A stretch of DNA of 55,498 nucleotides from Octopus bimaculoides (Eukaryota), in assembly GCF_001194135.2 (NCBI RefSeq), contig NC_068986.1, positions 109,348,805 through 109,404,302 on the forward strand. The letters are read 5' to 3'. Position 1 is the first letter of the stretch. The number at the start of each line of letters is the position of its first letter. Below the pieces are notes generated by a model. That model was not told the origin of the DNA, made no database searches, and saw nothing but the letters and a program-made list of their open reading frames with translations. Shown here one piece after another: positions 25,011 through 37,920 of this stretch. Position numbers and translations under genes: made by a program.

Positions 25011-26377
25011 TACATGGCACCAACAATGTGCCTTTTATGTGACACCAGCAGGGGTCACCAAGTAACTTGCAAAACAAAAACCTCAGCTGAGAAACTTTGA
25101 AGGGCAAAAAATAAATTTAAAAAAGACAATCTAGCAACACTGATGACCATGTGGCTGAACTGGTCAGATAAATATATTTGCCACACATCTCCAACTTAGA
25201 AAATCAGTATAATTATTATTATACAATATAATCAGTTTTCGAAAGATTTCACACAAGCAAACACACACACAAAAAAAAAAAAAACGTAGAAATCATGTTC
25301 TAAGGGAAATAACTCTTATATTCCTTGAAACTATTTTACTAAATTTAAGAGGCGTGAGGTACCATCATCATTTTTTATTATTCCATGCTTAATGAGATGA
25401 ACAAAACATATCCGGTAGATTTGTTGGTTCATCTCGTTTCTTTCGATTCTTCCTATTCAATGCCCACCTTTCATTATCATTCAATATCACTCTTCGTAGT
25501 CAAACACCACCCAATATATCACAAGCATGGCTGTGCGCTTACAGAGTTTGCCTTCAGGGTCAGCCACACTGCACTTCACCTTGAGCAAGCATCTTCTGCT
25601 GTAGACCTGGGCTGACCTTGCCTTCATGTGCAAGGTCCCAACTACTATGGTCTGACTAATAAGACTCTTCCTTAGCCTATCCTATCTATGTTATTAATCA
25701 GCTAATACTCCCTACCACAATTGGTTCTGCCTGACTGGTCGTAAGTCGGCCTATAGGCCTACATAGCTTTGTTCTATATTTTTACATTCTTAAGGTAAAT
25801 TCTCAGGTAAAAGTCACACAAAGCATTCTGTATTATACTATTATACTGGAGTTAGTAAAATTCACAGAGTCTCAAGCAGTCGTCTTATAAACAAATACGA
25901 GGTTGCTTCAAGGTGTCCGCGGCAGGATAGTCACCCAAAACAGTGGCAATCGAAAACCAAACCTAGGGGAAGAGTTTTTTAGCCAGACATCATCTGTAGA
26001 CGGAGTTAATTTCTAAGAAATTAAACCCATTAGATTTCAACTGGATTATTTATTATTGCTGCTGGGAGCTGGCATACCAATCGTTGTAAAACCGATCGGT
26101 CATAAGTCAGATAGGTCACAAGTTGACGATGACCTGAACTTCAACCTACACACTCAAACCAATGAGGGAACCTCTATGCACTCACTTGACCTGAACAACA
26201 ACAACAACCAGTATAACATTGTTGATTCACCAATCATTCACTGCTTTTGGTACCAGACATATTCTCAATCATTTGCACTTGTTTTGTCATTTAAACAGAC
26301 TCACAGGACCATTCCTCTCTACCAGATTATTACTCAAACATTCCTCAACACCAAAATTATCAAAAGTATTAACTTAC

Positions 26378-26485
26378 ATATCCTTGTTCTGAAGTATAAA
26401 TTACGATTTCAAATAAAGGCGGACCAACTTGTTTTAATAAATAATCTATACCAGGTCGCTTTTTAAATCTCCAGCCAGTGCCATA
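26378..26485 (-). CDS. TIMM50: Tim50 coding exon 6 ([36 protein letters not shown])
   Basis: GWRFKKRPG and FEIVIYTSE motifs; ttgcag/gtaagt; 108 nt. Confidence 0.97.
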
Positions 26486-26544
26486 CTGCAAGAAGAAAAA
26501 GACAAGAATAAAAGACATCATGGAAAAAGAAATTCTAAGCAATC

Positions 26545-26780
26545 ATTTGAGTTTGACTTGAGACCCCCCCCCCTTGGTCATGAATGACCATGGGATTGCA
26601 CCTAGAAAGTTACCTTCCAAGGCACAAATTCGGGCAAGGTTGTTTATGGAAGACCCGCAGTGGCCCATGCATACCAGCCTCTCCACACCACTGGTGTTAT
26701 CCAAGGGAAAGGCCAAGGGGCCGATACAGCTTGGCACCAGATTGTAAGCTCGATGCTCTAACCATTGAGCCATGTGCCTT
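26545..26780 (-). mobile_element. Internally deleted tRNA-headed SINE (family F)
   Basis: Minus-strand head ggcacatggctcaatggttagagcatcgagc (box A-like). Confidence 0.55.
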
Positions 26781-26874
26781 CACTAAACAATCATAACTTA
26801 CAGTAAAACATTTCATTAGTTCTATCATATTTAATGTAAATTAAACCAATTCAGTTACATGATTAATTAAATCA

Positions 26875-27445
26875 TCATCCTTTAATGTTTGGTATTCATG
26901 CTGATATGGGTTTGATGGTTTGGTAGGAGCTGGCAAGCCAGAAAGGGATGCACTGGGCCCCAAACATCAATTTTGGCATGGTTTCTATGACTGGATGCTC
27001 TACCTTATACCAACCACTTTACAGAATGTACTGAGGTGCTTTTTGCATTGCACTGGCACAGGTACCTTTCACACAGAACCGGTACAGGTGTATTTACATG
27101 GTGCCAGCACAGGTGCATTCTATGTGGTGCCTGCACAAGCGCTTTTACATGGCACTGACCCAGGTGCTTTTTAAGCAAACTAAAGGACTTCATACTAAAA
27201 CAAGTTCTGATCCAAATATATATCATCATCATCATAGTTTAACGTCCGCCTTCCATGCTAGCATGGGTTGGACGATTTGACTGAGGATTGGCGAACCAGA
27301 TGGCAACACCAGCCTCCAATCTGATTTGGCAGAGTTTCTACAGCTGGATGCCCTTCCTAATGCCAACCACTCCGAGAGTGTAGTGGGTGCTTTTATGTGC
27401 CACCGGCACGAAGGCCAGTCATACGGTACTGACAATGGCCACGAG
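26875..27445 (-). mobile_element. Two family A copies (one old, one young)
   Basis: Cores near 26990 and 27340. Confidence 0.75.
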
Positions 27446-27696
27446 ATATAAAATGGAATTACTTTTACATAGAGAATTATGCAACTACTACCCTCCATAG
27501 TAAGAATTATATCACAACTTCCCAGTATAGTTAGTAAGGATTGTATAAGAAGTACTCTTCAATGTAAGCAACAATTATATAGCATTTACTCTGCAGAGTA
27601 AGAAATGTATAGGAATCACTCAACTTCCGTGTTTCATTGAAGAGGGGACACAGGAGTAGAAATTCATGGTCACCATCTGCACTAGAAATCTGATAT

Positions 27697-27796
27697 ATCT
27701 ATGAAACACAGTTCTATATTTAAGAGATGAGGAATTGTTTACATTTGACGGATATTTGTCCTCATCTAAATGTAAATTATGTAAATCTATAAAACA
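27697..27796. mobile_element. Family E locus 5 (tail-only inverted insertion, 12-bp TSD atctat(g/a)aaaca)
   Basis: TSD at 27697-27708 and 27785-27796 with one mismatch. Confidence 0.7.
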
Positions 27797-28785
27797 GCAT
27801 AAAAGTTTAGTAATGTTAATTTTAATGCCATCTGTATAAAAGAGGTGACCAGTGGGGGTCAGCAGAATACTACTTGGATAAAGAGCTTGGCTTGATCAAC
27901 CTTAGTTGGGTGGCCTCAATAAGGACGTTAGTCATAAGACTTGAAACAACCAGTGGCCTCAGGCTACTACAACACCAGCCTGTCCTCTGAATTAAGGGAT
28001 CATGCTAAAACTGCACTGGATCTAGATTATTGGATGCAGAATATTTTAGTTAACCACAATACTCTCAAGAAGATTTTCATGGAAAAATAAATAACATTAA
28101 AGTAATATTAGACATTGAGCATCTTTTTTCTTACATTAATACTTTTAGTTAGTTTATTAATATAGGAAGCATTAAAAGTTAACCCTAACCCTAACAACTG
28201 TTCTGCATGGGATGGCAACTCTGAACTGTTTACTCCCTAACCGCTTCTTCTATTCTCCAACATCAAGCAGAGAACATTTAGTGATTCCCCCATCACTATT
28301 TACTAAGTACAGTATAAACTGTTTTGCTTATGAAATGGTAAGACCAAAACATGTCAGAGGTTGTCTCCCATGTGTCGCAAACTTATGAAATTTATCCTTA
28401 ACCAAAATCGGTTTCTCCTCACCAAATAATTATTTCCAGTTAGTTTTTTGTTTTTCTTACTTTAAAGCTCATTATATTAAATATTTTAGCATTAACTCAA
28501 TTAGTTTTGATAGAGACAGCGTTTCTGAATTATTGATGTTCCTTACTAATGTTATTGACAATGAAGAACTCTGGTTAACACCTCTCTTGAAACTTTCGGC
28601 ATTCTCTATAGTGAGGAGTGAGGAGAGAAATTCTTTAGTTTATGTGAAGAAAGAAAATTATGCTTACCCCCCTAACAACCTGCAGACATTGTCTGGAGAG
28701 GAGAAACTGATCTACTACACATGCCCTAATCAAAAAACAGGATGAGAACATTTGAGAGGCAAAATGTCTCACTAACAGATAGAAT

Positions 28786-29403
28786 ACAGTATTAGCAACA
28801 GACAATTACGTGGTGTTAGTAACAATACAGTACTATCATCTGACAATGATAGTGTTAGCAGCAGAAAAATGGTATGTGTTAGCAACGGGGGGTGGGGTTG
28901 GAGCAGAGTTAGCAACATGCAACAATGCAGTGCTAGCAATAGGCAGTAGTATAGTGTAAGCAACAGAGAAAAGCAGTATTAGTAAGAGACAGCAATGCAA
29001 TACAGTACAATACAGTGTCAGAAACAGGTAGTATTTGGTGTTAGCAACAGGCACTGCTTATTGGCATTGGCAACAGGCACTGCTTGCCGTTAGCAACAGG
29101 TGCTGCCTGGCATTAGGAACAGGCCTGCCCAGTGCTAACAGCAGGTGCTGCCCGGCGGTAGCAACAGGTACTGGTCGGCGCTAGCAACAGGTACTGGTCG
29201 CCGCTAGCAACAGGTACTGGTTGGCACTAGTATCAGGCGTTTCCTGGCATTAGCAGCAGTCAGTGCTCCATGTTAGCAACAAATGCTGCTTGTCGTTAGC
29301 AACAGGCACTGCCCTGCATTAGCAACAGGCACTATTCAGTGTTAACAACAAGCACTGCTCAATGTTAGCAACAGGCACAAAGCAGTGTTAGCAACAGAAT
29401 ACT
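28786..29403. repeat. Minisatellite, ~23-bp period, conserved (T/C)TAGCAACAG plus variable 12-14 nt
   Basis: About 25 units; 15 or so consecutive 22-23-bp units in 29040-29400. Confidence 0.9.
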
Positions 29404-29646
29404 AACTGTCAACTTGTCTTATACTCTAATAAATTTGAATATGAGAAGGGGAAGGAATGTTTGTGATTATTTTATCATCAAGTCTATAACTGGTATCTAT
29501 TTTATCAACCATGAAGGGCCGAAGTGCACAGTAAGCCCTCAATGAAATTCAAACTTTAAAATAGTAAAGTAGATTGATCTATTTTAACACCAGTTTCTTT
29601 GTTACAACAATGAACAACATGTAATAATAATAAAAACAATACTTAC

Positions 29647-29766
29647 CGTCCAGTCAGGGTGTACAAGGACACCGGTCATTTCTATAACTAAAGTATAAGG
29701 TGGCTGAGCATAGGGGTAGTGCAAAGGGTCAGGCAGTAATTTTTCTCGAGAAGGGTCTTTTAGCAT
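29647..29766 (-). CDS. TIMM50: Tim50 coding exon 5 ([40 protein letters not shown])
   Basis: Diagnostic LLPDP..PY.QPPYTLV.E.TGVL.HP.W motif at the start of the FCP1/CPD-like domain, with degenerate DxDxT; AG/GT boundaries; 120 nt. Confidence 0.97.
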
Positions 29767-30013
29767 CTGAATAAAGAAAATAAATTCTTTTTAAAAAATC
29801 ATGAAAATAATTATAAAAATAAAAGGAAGTTGATTTTCTACTTCAGAGATGAGGACTCATTACTGGATAAAAGTTGAACCTGGCTGTTATAAGAATCATT
29901 ATTTTGGGACTAAACGATAATAATAATTCTCGTTAAGACAGATGTAATAGACCAATTGGAAGACTGAACAACAATGTTTAAGAGAAATCAGACCAGCATG
30001 GAAAGAGGGATAT

Positions 30014-30049
<36 letters not shown>

Positions 30050-30164
30050 TTGTAATTAAAGTATTCTCAGCAAAGAACCACATAATTAACCAAACTTAAC
30101 ATAAAAGTAGTTTTCAGTATATCAAAAGATGAAGATTTTATCATTTTCCCATTCTAACATTGTC

Positions 30165-30706
30165 CTTCATCATCATCATTTAATGTCTGCCTCCTTCCAT
30201 GCTGGCACAGGTCACGATGGTTTGACACAGAACCAACAAGCTGCTGGGATGCGTCAGGCTCCAACGTCATCTTTGGTATGGTTCCTATGGCTTGATGCCT
30301 TTCTTAACACTAATCACTTTACAGAATGTACAGGATATTTTTCTCATGCCACCAACACTAGTGAGGTTGCCATGTAACTTGTGCTGGTGGCACGTTAGAA
30401 AACATTCGAGCGAGGTCGTTGCCAGTGCTGCTGGACTGGTTCCTGTGCAGGTGGCACATAAAAAACACCATTTTGAGTGTGACCGTTGCCAGTACCGTCT
30501 GACCGGCCCTTGTGCCGGTGGCACGTAAATGCACCCTCTACACTCTCGAAGTGGTTGGCGTTAGGAAGAGCATCCAGCTGTAGAAACATTGCCAGATCAG
30601 ATTGGAGCCTGGAGCAGCCACTGGCTCTCCAGACCTCAGTCAAACCGTCCAACCAATATAAGCATGGAAGACGGATGTTAAACAATGACGATGATGATGA
30701 TGATGT
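30165..30706. mobile_element. Family A copies in opposite orientations
   Basis: Old minus copy 30165-30360, younger plus copy 30385-30706. Confidence 0.75.
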
Positions 30707-30880
30707 GGCACATTCTAGCACTGCCCACACAACAATGAACTGAGACAATCTATGATGTTATCTATTTTTTGTTGAATGTGTCTAGCTAGCAACAGTTGAA
30801 AGTCAGTCTTAACAACGGAAGAAAAGCAGCCACCTGAGTGAAGTGTAATTTTGCAATAAACCTTAAGCAGCTGTACTTAC

Positions 30881-30939
30881 CTGTTTGTATTGACGAAATT
30901 CCTTTAACGCTCTCTTTAAATAAGCTTGGACAAACCATA
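30881..30939 (-). CDS. TIMM50: Tim50 coding exon 4 (WFVQAYLKRALKEFRQYKQ)
   Basis: ttttccag acceptor, gtaagt donor; 59 nt, phase 1 to 0; resembles ILVQQLRRTYKYFKDYRQ. Confidence 0.9.
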
Positions 30940-31150
30940 CTGGAAAATATATTACATGACAATCATTAACAAATTAGACAAAACAATCATTAGTTAATTA
31001 GATAAAAACCAAAGTACATCACATTACAATAATTAGCTAATTAGATGTCAACCAAATATCTAACAAAAGCTGGACAACATGTTGTCCATACAGATACGAG
31101 ACACTGGACAACTCTGTGTTTATAAATGCCAAGACTGCTGTACAGGACAT

Positions 31151-31528
31151 GTTGTTGGCACTCTGTCGCTTACGATGTCGAGGATTCCAGTTGATCCGAT
31201 CAACGGAACAGCCTGCTCGTGAAATTAACGTGCAAGTGGCTGAGCACTCCACAGACAGGTGTACCCTTAACGTAGTTCTCGGGGAGATTCAGCGTGACAC
31301 AGTGTGACAAGGCTGACCCTTTGAATTACAGGCACAACAGAAACAGGAAGAAAGAGCGAGAGAAAGTTGTGGTGGAAGAGTACAGCAGGATTCGCCACCA
31401 TCCCCTGCCTTGTGGAGCTTTAGGTGTTTTTGCTCAATAAACACTCACAACGCCCGGTCTGGGAATCGAAACCGCGATCCTATGACCGCGAGTCCGCTGC
31501 CCTAACCACTGGACCATTGCACCTCCAC
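31151..31528 (-). mobile_element. SINE family C
   Basis: Full length, head at 31528. Confidence 0.85.
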
Positions 31529-32220
31529 TGTACAGGACATAATATGATGGGAACATCTATCTTTGATGGCCACATTTTACAAAATTTAAACTTAAACTGC
31601 TATTTTTGCCAACACAAACCATCAGACTGGTATTTTTCCTGTTATCCCTGATAATACCAGTCATATTAGGGGTCACATATTCAAGATGGATATGAAACTG
31701 ATGTATATCTGTGTTCATTTGAGAAGGGGTAGCAGAGGGGGCTACATTTACATTACTTAATTTTTCTTTTTGTTGTGTTTTCCTCTTTAAAGCAAATAGC
31801 CATTAGTAAATCTCAGGACACGAGGCACAAAAATTCAGAATTTCATAGCTCTGCAGCAAGTGTTGTTGTTTACAATGCTGCTACAATGGACAGACACTTA
31901 TAACTAGCTCCCAGTGAAAATATCTTAACAACAACACATTTTGGAGAAGAGCAAAACAGAAATAATAACTGCAAAACATTCCATTACCAAATGGCCTTTT
32001 CTGAAATGATTCCATGAAATTCATTTTTGTATAATCTTGCCTCCACCTCATCCCACTCTCTTTTGCAACCTCCTCTATCTCTCCCAACTGATGGTTCCTT
32101 GTTCATCCCCCCTTCAACTCTATCCCTTCTGGTAGTCTGCCACCCCATACAGTCTTGCAAGCCAATTCTTGTGCTTTGTGGGACGATATACCTCACCACA
32201 CAGACATATATATATATCTA

Positions 32221-32790
32221 GGCACAGGTGTGGCTGTGTGGTAAGAAGCTAGCTTCCCAACCACATGGTTCTGGGTTCAGTCCCACTGTGTAGCATCTTG
32301 GGCAAGTGTCTTCTCCTATAGCCTTGGCCCAACCAAAGCTTTGTAAGTGGATTTGGTAAATGGAAACTGAAAGAAGCCCATTGATTATATTTATGTATAT
32401 ATCAATGTATGTGTGTCTGTGTTTGTCCCCTATCACCAATTGACAAATGGTGCTGGTGTGTTTACATCCCTGTAACTTAGTGGTTCAGTAAAAAGAGACC
32501 GATACAATAAGTACCAGCTTAAAAATGTCCTTGGGTCAATTTGTTCAACTGAAACCCTTCAAGGTGGCGCCCCAGCATGGCCACAGTCAAATGACTGAAA
32601 CAATATACACACACACACACATAGACAATGGACTTACTTCAGTTTCCATCTATCAAATCCACTTACAAGGTTTTGGTTAGCCCAGGGTTATACTAGGAGA
32701 CACTTTCTCAAAGTGCCACACAGTGGGACTGAACCCAAGATCACGTGATTGGGAAGGAAGCTTATTACCCACACCGTCACACCTGTGCCT
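32221..32790. mobile_element. SINE family B tail-to-tail pair
   Basis: Plus copy 32221-32605, minus head fragment 32610-32790. Confidence 0.75.
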
Positions 32791-33239
32791 ATTCTGCCCT
32801 GTGTATTGAATATCATCAGAAGAGCAGACAGAACCAGTAATTAATCCCAAAGCTTTAATCCCTTCTTATTGCTGCTGAACTTGTCACAGAACAACTGCTG
32901 TTCGGGTTTCCATTAAAAACCAATTTGGTCCAACTGATGCCAGAATGGAACAAGGATGATGAGGATGATGATAATGATGATGATGATGATCATTATGGCT
33001 TAAATATGAATGTGAACAAATTAGCATTGAACTCGCATCTTTTGAAGCATTTTCTGATTTGCTCAGTAATGGAAAGATGGGAAGAATAAGATGGAAGCGA
33101 GATAGAAATCCTAGATTCCTTTCACTGTAAGCAATTTGCAGCACAGTATTTGGAGACCAAATAAGATTGGTAAAACATGGCACCATAAATGATAGAGAGG
33201 CAGGAATGACAAGATGCTGGCAAGAAATATTATCATCAA

Positions 33240-33800
33240 CATTTGGCATCTACTTTCCATGCTGGCATGGGTTGGACAGTTTCACTGGAGCTGGTAAGCT
33301 GGAAGGATGCACCAGGCTCCAGCCTGATTTGGCTTGCCCTTCCTAACATCAACCACTCCAAGAGTGTAGTCAGTTCTTTTTACATGCCACCAGCTCAGGT
33401 ACCAGTTGTGTGACACCAGCATCAGTCACAACAGTCGGAGTGGTTGGCGTTAGGAAGGGCATCCAGCTGTAGAAACTCTGCCAAATCAGATTGGAGCCTG
33501 GTGCAGCCATCTGGTTTCACCAGTCCTCAGTCAAATCATCCAACCCATGCTAGAATGGAAAGCGGACGTTAAACGATATATATATATCTCCGTGTCATGC
33601 GAATTGGCACATATGCATACCCTGGTGGCATGTAAAAAGCACCCATTACACTCTCAGAGTGGTTGGCATTAGGAAGGGCATCCAGCTGTAGAAACTCTGC
33701 CAAATCAGATTGGAGCCTGGTGCAGCCTTCCAGCTCAGTTAAATCATCCAACCCATGTCAGCATAGACAATGGACATTAAATGAGGATGATGATGATAAA
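33240..33800. mobile_element. Cluster of three family A fragments
   Basis: Cores near 33340 (-), 33450 (+) and 33670 (+). Confidence 0.75.
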
Positions 33801-33871
33801 ATGATGATGATACTAGTGAAATGATTCACATGCATAACAGGTGAACACAAAATATAGACAATAGGTGAGGG

Positions 33872-33967
33872 TAGATGTGGAAGATTTTAATTCAGAACTT
33901 ATGAAAACAAGACATTTGTACTCAGAGTCAGAGCTGGTTTCAGCTGGGTTGATAACGAAGGGGTTAA
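33872..33967 (-). mobile_element. Fragment of the TTAA piggyBac-type MITE
   Basis: Reverse complement of the first ~95 bp of 49789-50007, ends gggttaa. Confidence 0.8.
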
Positions 33968-34016
33968 TAAATTAATAAATTCATTTAGACATGGACAAAC
34001 AAAATCATCAACTTAC

Positions 34017-34038
34017 AGTCAGAAAATTCATCTTTGAA
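34017..34038 (-). CDS. TIMM50: Tim50 coding exon 3 (22-nt microexon, FKDEFSD(L))
   Basis: ttttttccag acceptor, gtaagt donor; supplies the phase 0 to 1 link needed between exons 2 and 4; resembles IPDEFDND. Confidence 0.85.
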
Positions 34039-34221
34039 CTGGAAAAAATAAATAAATAAATGATAAGTTTCTCTGTTTTAATTATAAAAGCAAAGTTGCA
34101 AATAAACAACGAGAATAGGGAAAGTAAAATACATTTTAATGTTTTGGTTCAATTTTATAATAGAATATACAGGAATTCATGAACCTGAACGCTAGTTAGG
34201 ACAGTGGATTTATAAATAACA

Positions 34222-34400
34222 TAGGTGCAGGTATGGCTGTAGAGTAAGAAGCTTGCTTCCCAACAATATGGTTCTGGGTTCAGTCCCACCGTGTGGCACC
34301 TTGGGCAAGTGTCTTCTATAGCCTCGGGCTGACCAAAGCCTTGTGAGTGGATTTGGTAGACGGAAACTGAAAGAAGCCCATCATATATATACATATTATA

Positions 34401-34432
<32 letters not shown>

Positions 34433-34562
34433 GGATATATTTATATGTGTGTGTGTGTCTGTCCCCTACATCATCACTTGACAACCGATGTTGGCATATT
34501 AACGTCCCGGTAACATAGCGGTTCAGCAAAAGAGACCGATAGAATAAGTCCTAGGCTAACAA
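34222..34562 (+). mobile_element. SINE family B
   Basis: Head, CORE-like segment, (TA)n, partial tail. Confidence 0.8.
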
Positions 34563-34767
34563 AGAGTGTAGTGGGTGCTTTTTTACGTGCCACTGGCATC
34601 GACCACACTCGAATGGTGAAGGCTGTAAGATATGACATGAACAGCTGCAACAGAGACTACAGGCTGTAACCAGTAGGAAGGGACACAACAGGTGTTCTGA
34701 CTGCATCTGCACACCAGAATTCATCCCCACATCTATGAACAGAGCTTTAGGCTCATTTCAATGTAGA

Positions 34768-35030
34768 AGGCCATGGGTGAGGCAGCAGGATTCAGCTCCT
34801 TGCCCTAACTCCAGAAAGAGTCAGAAGCGGTTGTTGGAGAATTTCTATGACTTCACCAGCCCCAGTTTTTGGCCACCTAACCCCCGCAATTATAATCCTA
34901 TGGATTACTAAGTGTGGGGCATGGTTGAGAAAGACACTAACCACTCTGCTTGAAACACCAAGGCTGAACTGGTGGCTAAAATCAAGGAGGTCTTTCAAAG
35001 ATCTTCCCAATGATACAGAGAGAATTACTC
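34768..35030 (+). pseudogene. Tc1/mariner-superfamily transposase C-terminal relic
   Basis: RPWVRQQDSAPCPNSRKSQKRLLENF...FWPPNPRNYNPMDY*VWGMVEK, matching the QQD.APCH and WPP.SPD.NP.DY motifs. Confidence 0.85.
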
Positions 35031-35035
35031 GCATC

Positions 35036-35735
35036 AGGTTTTTGGCATTAGGAAGGGCATCCAGCTGTAGAAACTCTGCCAAATTAGATTGGAGCCTGGT
35101 GTTGCCATCCGGTTTCACCAGTCCTCAGTCAAATCGTCCAACCCATGCCAGCATGGAAAGCGGACGTTAAACGATGATGATGATGATGATGAGGTTCTGA
35201 AGCTACTTGAAGACGATGGATGGATGCTGAGGCTGGTTACCTTGAGTAAACTATTATCACCCAGCCAGAGTTTTGTTGATATTTTTTCAAAATACTTTTA
35301 TTTTTGGAAGGGATGTTGGGTTTTCCTTTTAAGCAAACTGTTAAATCTAGTCTGAATCCCCTGGATGGCATAAAATAGTCTTGGGTGTGTTGTAAGATAG
35401 AGCTGCCTGACTGGCTCCTGTGCCAGTGGCATGTAAAAAGCACCATTCAGGCATGATCGATGCCAGTACCACCTGACTGGACCCCTTGCCAGTGGCACGT
35501 AAAAAGCACCATTTCAGTGTGGTTGATGCCAGGGCTTCTTGACTGGCCTCCATGCCAATGGCATGTAAAAAAGCACCCACTACACTCTAGGAGTGGTTGG
35601 CATTAGGAATGGCATCCAGCTGTAGAAACTCTGCCAAATCAGATTGGAGCCTGGTGCAGCCATCTGGTTTGCCGGTCCTCAGTCAAACTGTCCAACCCAT
35701 GCCAGCATGGAAAGCGGATGTTAAACGATGATGAT
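35036..35735 (+). mobile_element. Two family A copies
   Basis: 35036-35190 and 35400-35735 (three tandem units). Confidence 0.8.
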
Positions 35736-36170
35736 GAATGGCAAGACTGGAATGTCTTTGAACAAAGGTCTACTTGACATGGAGCTAAACAACAAGAAAA
35801 CACTACCTCAAAAGTTGTGGTGGTGATTCAATTCCAGGTTAACCTTCATTGAGCAAACCTATGATCAAAGGTATTCCAGCCATGACCATTCCATTTTTTC
35901 CCCTCAGTGTATCCAGGAATACAACCTGATGTGTCGGATCCTGTTTAAGATGGTGAGGTTTCATTTGAGGAAGATTTAACAGCTTTTTCTAGAAGGTCAA
36001 ATGACTGTATTGGAGCTAACATCACTGATGTATACTCATCATTGTTTTAATGTTGACTTTCCTTCCCATACTCAGATGGGTTGGTCACAATTCCCTGAGG
36101 CAGATTTTCAAGAGGGATTCCCTTGTTGCTGACCTTCACTGGTTTCCAAGCAAGGTAAAATCCCCACCCC

Positions 36171-36556
36171 GTGGAGGCGCAATGGCCCAGTGGTTAGGGC
36201 AGCGGACTCGCGGTCATAGGATCGCAGTTTCGATTCCCAGACCGGGCGTTGTGAGTGTTTATTGAGCGAAAACACCTAAAGCTCCACGAGGCTCCGGCAG
36301 GGGATGGTGGCGAACCCTGCTGTACTCTTTCACCACAACTTTCTCTCACTCTTACTTCCTGTTTCTGTTGTGCCTGTAATTCAAAGGGTCAGCCTTGTCA
36401 CACTGTGTCACGTTGAATATCCTCGAGAACTACGTTAAGGGTACACGTGTCTGTGGAGTGCTCAGCCACTTGCACGTTAATTTCACGAGCAGGCTGTTCC
36501 GTTGATCAGATCTAGTGGAACCCTCGACGTCGTAAGCGACGGAGTGCCAACAACAA
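36171..36556 (+). mobile_element. SINE family C, full length
   Basis: gtggaggcgcaatggcccagtggttagggcagcggactcgcgg...tttcgattcccagaccgggcg head. Confidence 0.9.
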
Positions 36557-37271
36557 ACAATATTTCCCCCATCAGGTTTGCTTCAGTTTCCATCTACCAA
36601 ATCCACTCCCAAGATTTTCTGTGCCTTTTACAGGACCATAGAGAACACTTGCCCAAGGTGTCAATCAGTGGGACTGAACTTGAAACATGAGGAAGGGGAA
36701 CAAACTTTTTAACCATACGCCCAGACCTATAATAGTAAAATATCGCCGAGGTGGAATCCCTCAGCAGACCCACGAATATGACAGTGTTTCACATTTGGAA
36801 TATAAGGAATTGGAAAACTTCAATCAATAGAGATTATCCAAGGAATCTGAAGGCAAAACATCCCTCTCGGGCTTTCAATCATGCCATGTCCAAAGTGGCT
36901 GAGGGAACAAGTTACGTAACAGTTGGCATTAATACATTCTTTGACACTGGCCGTTTTGCCTTTTCTCAAATATTACTCTCTGCTAAATTCTCTACCAATA
37001 AACAATTCTATTGACTCAAAATTTATTATTATTATTATTATACAATATTTAATATATTTTCAGGGCACTTTTTTTTTTTTCTCATGTTTTGGCCAGAAGG
37101 GCAGTCCCTATGATCTTTCACGGGGTCTCCAAGACGGATGGAGAAAAAGGGATAGGCGGTATTCTCAGTCCAGAGAGATGGCCTGAATGTTAGTGCTTGC
37201 AACAGAATGGTCTATGATAAAGACATCCAAAGTCTATATGATGGTATAAAACCGGTTAACGGATTAAGTGT

Positions 37272-37708
37272 ACGGTAGAGATGGACTATATGTAATCTGA
37301 ACCTTTCCCCCCCCTTGTTTTTTGGGGTTTTTTTTACGGAATCCCACGTTTTAGGCTATGGAGATTCCGATTCTGAAAAAATTTTTTCAAAAATCTCAAT
37401 TTCAAAATTTCGATCCCCTCCCCGGTTTTATATAGATCCACAGGGTAAACCTAACCCTAACTCAAACCCTAACCCTGACTCTGACCGTAACCCTAACCCT
37501 AACCCTGACGCTAACCCTAGTTTTGTGAGATTTGGCTGTTATTTCTAGCATGTAAATAGCCTGCTTTGTGGGGGGGGGGGTGAAATTTTTCAAAAAAATT
37601 TTTTTCAGAATCGGAATCTCCATAGCCTAAAACGTGGGATTCCGTAAAAAGAAAATTAATAAATAAGGGGGGAAAAGGTTCAGATTACATATAGTCCATC
37701 TCTACCGT
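37272..37708. mobile_element. Foldback MITE with ~125-bp terminal inverted repeats and internal telomere-like (CCCTAA)n
   Basis: acggtagagatggactatatgtaatctgaacct matches the inverted right end; second block tttacggaatcccacgttttaggctatggagattccgattctgaaaaaa also inverted. Confidence 0.9.
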
Positions 37709-37920
37709 TAAATGTTGGGGTTAGTGATGAGATCGTGTGTTGTAATCGAAACATTTGCATCGACGTAGAATCATTAACCATTCAAAGTATTGTCGCATAT
37801 CTGACTTGGTCACTTACACTATTGAACTGCAGTTAAGACAAAATTATAACAGTGTGTGTGTTAAATCAATATCATGACTCTACCACGATGTAATTGTTTG
37901 TTAGATATATGGACACTTAC

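Noticed and set aside
28179-28194. Short aaccctaaccctaac telomeric motif
   Set aside because: Only about 2.5 units; not distinguishable from chance or a tiny repeat remnant
28786-29403. CRISPR-like array
   Set aside because: Eukaryotic intron, 9-11-nt core, spacers short and related to each other, no cas genes
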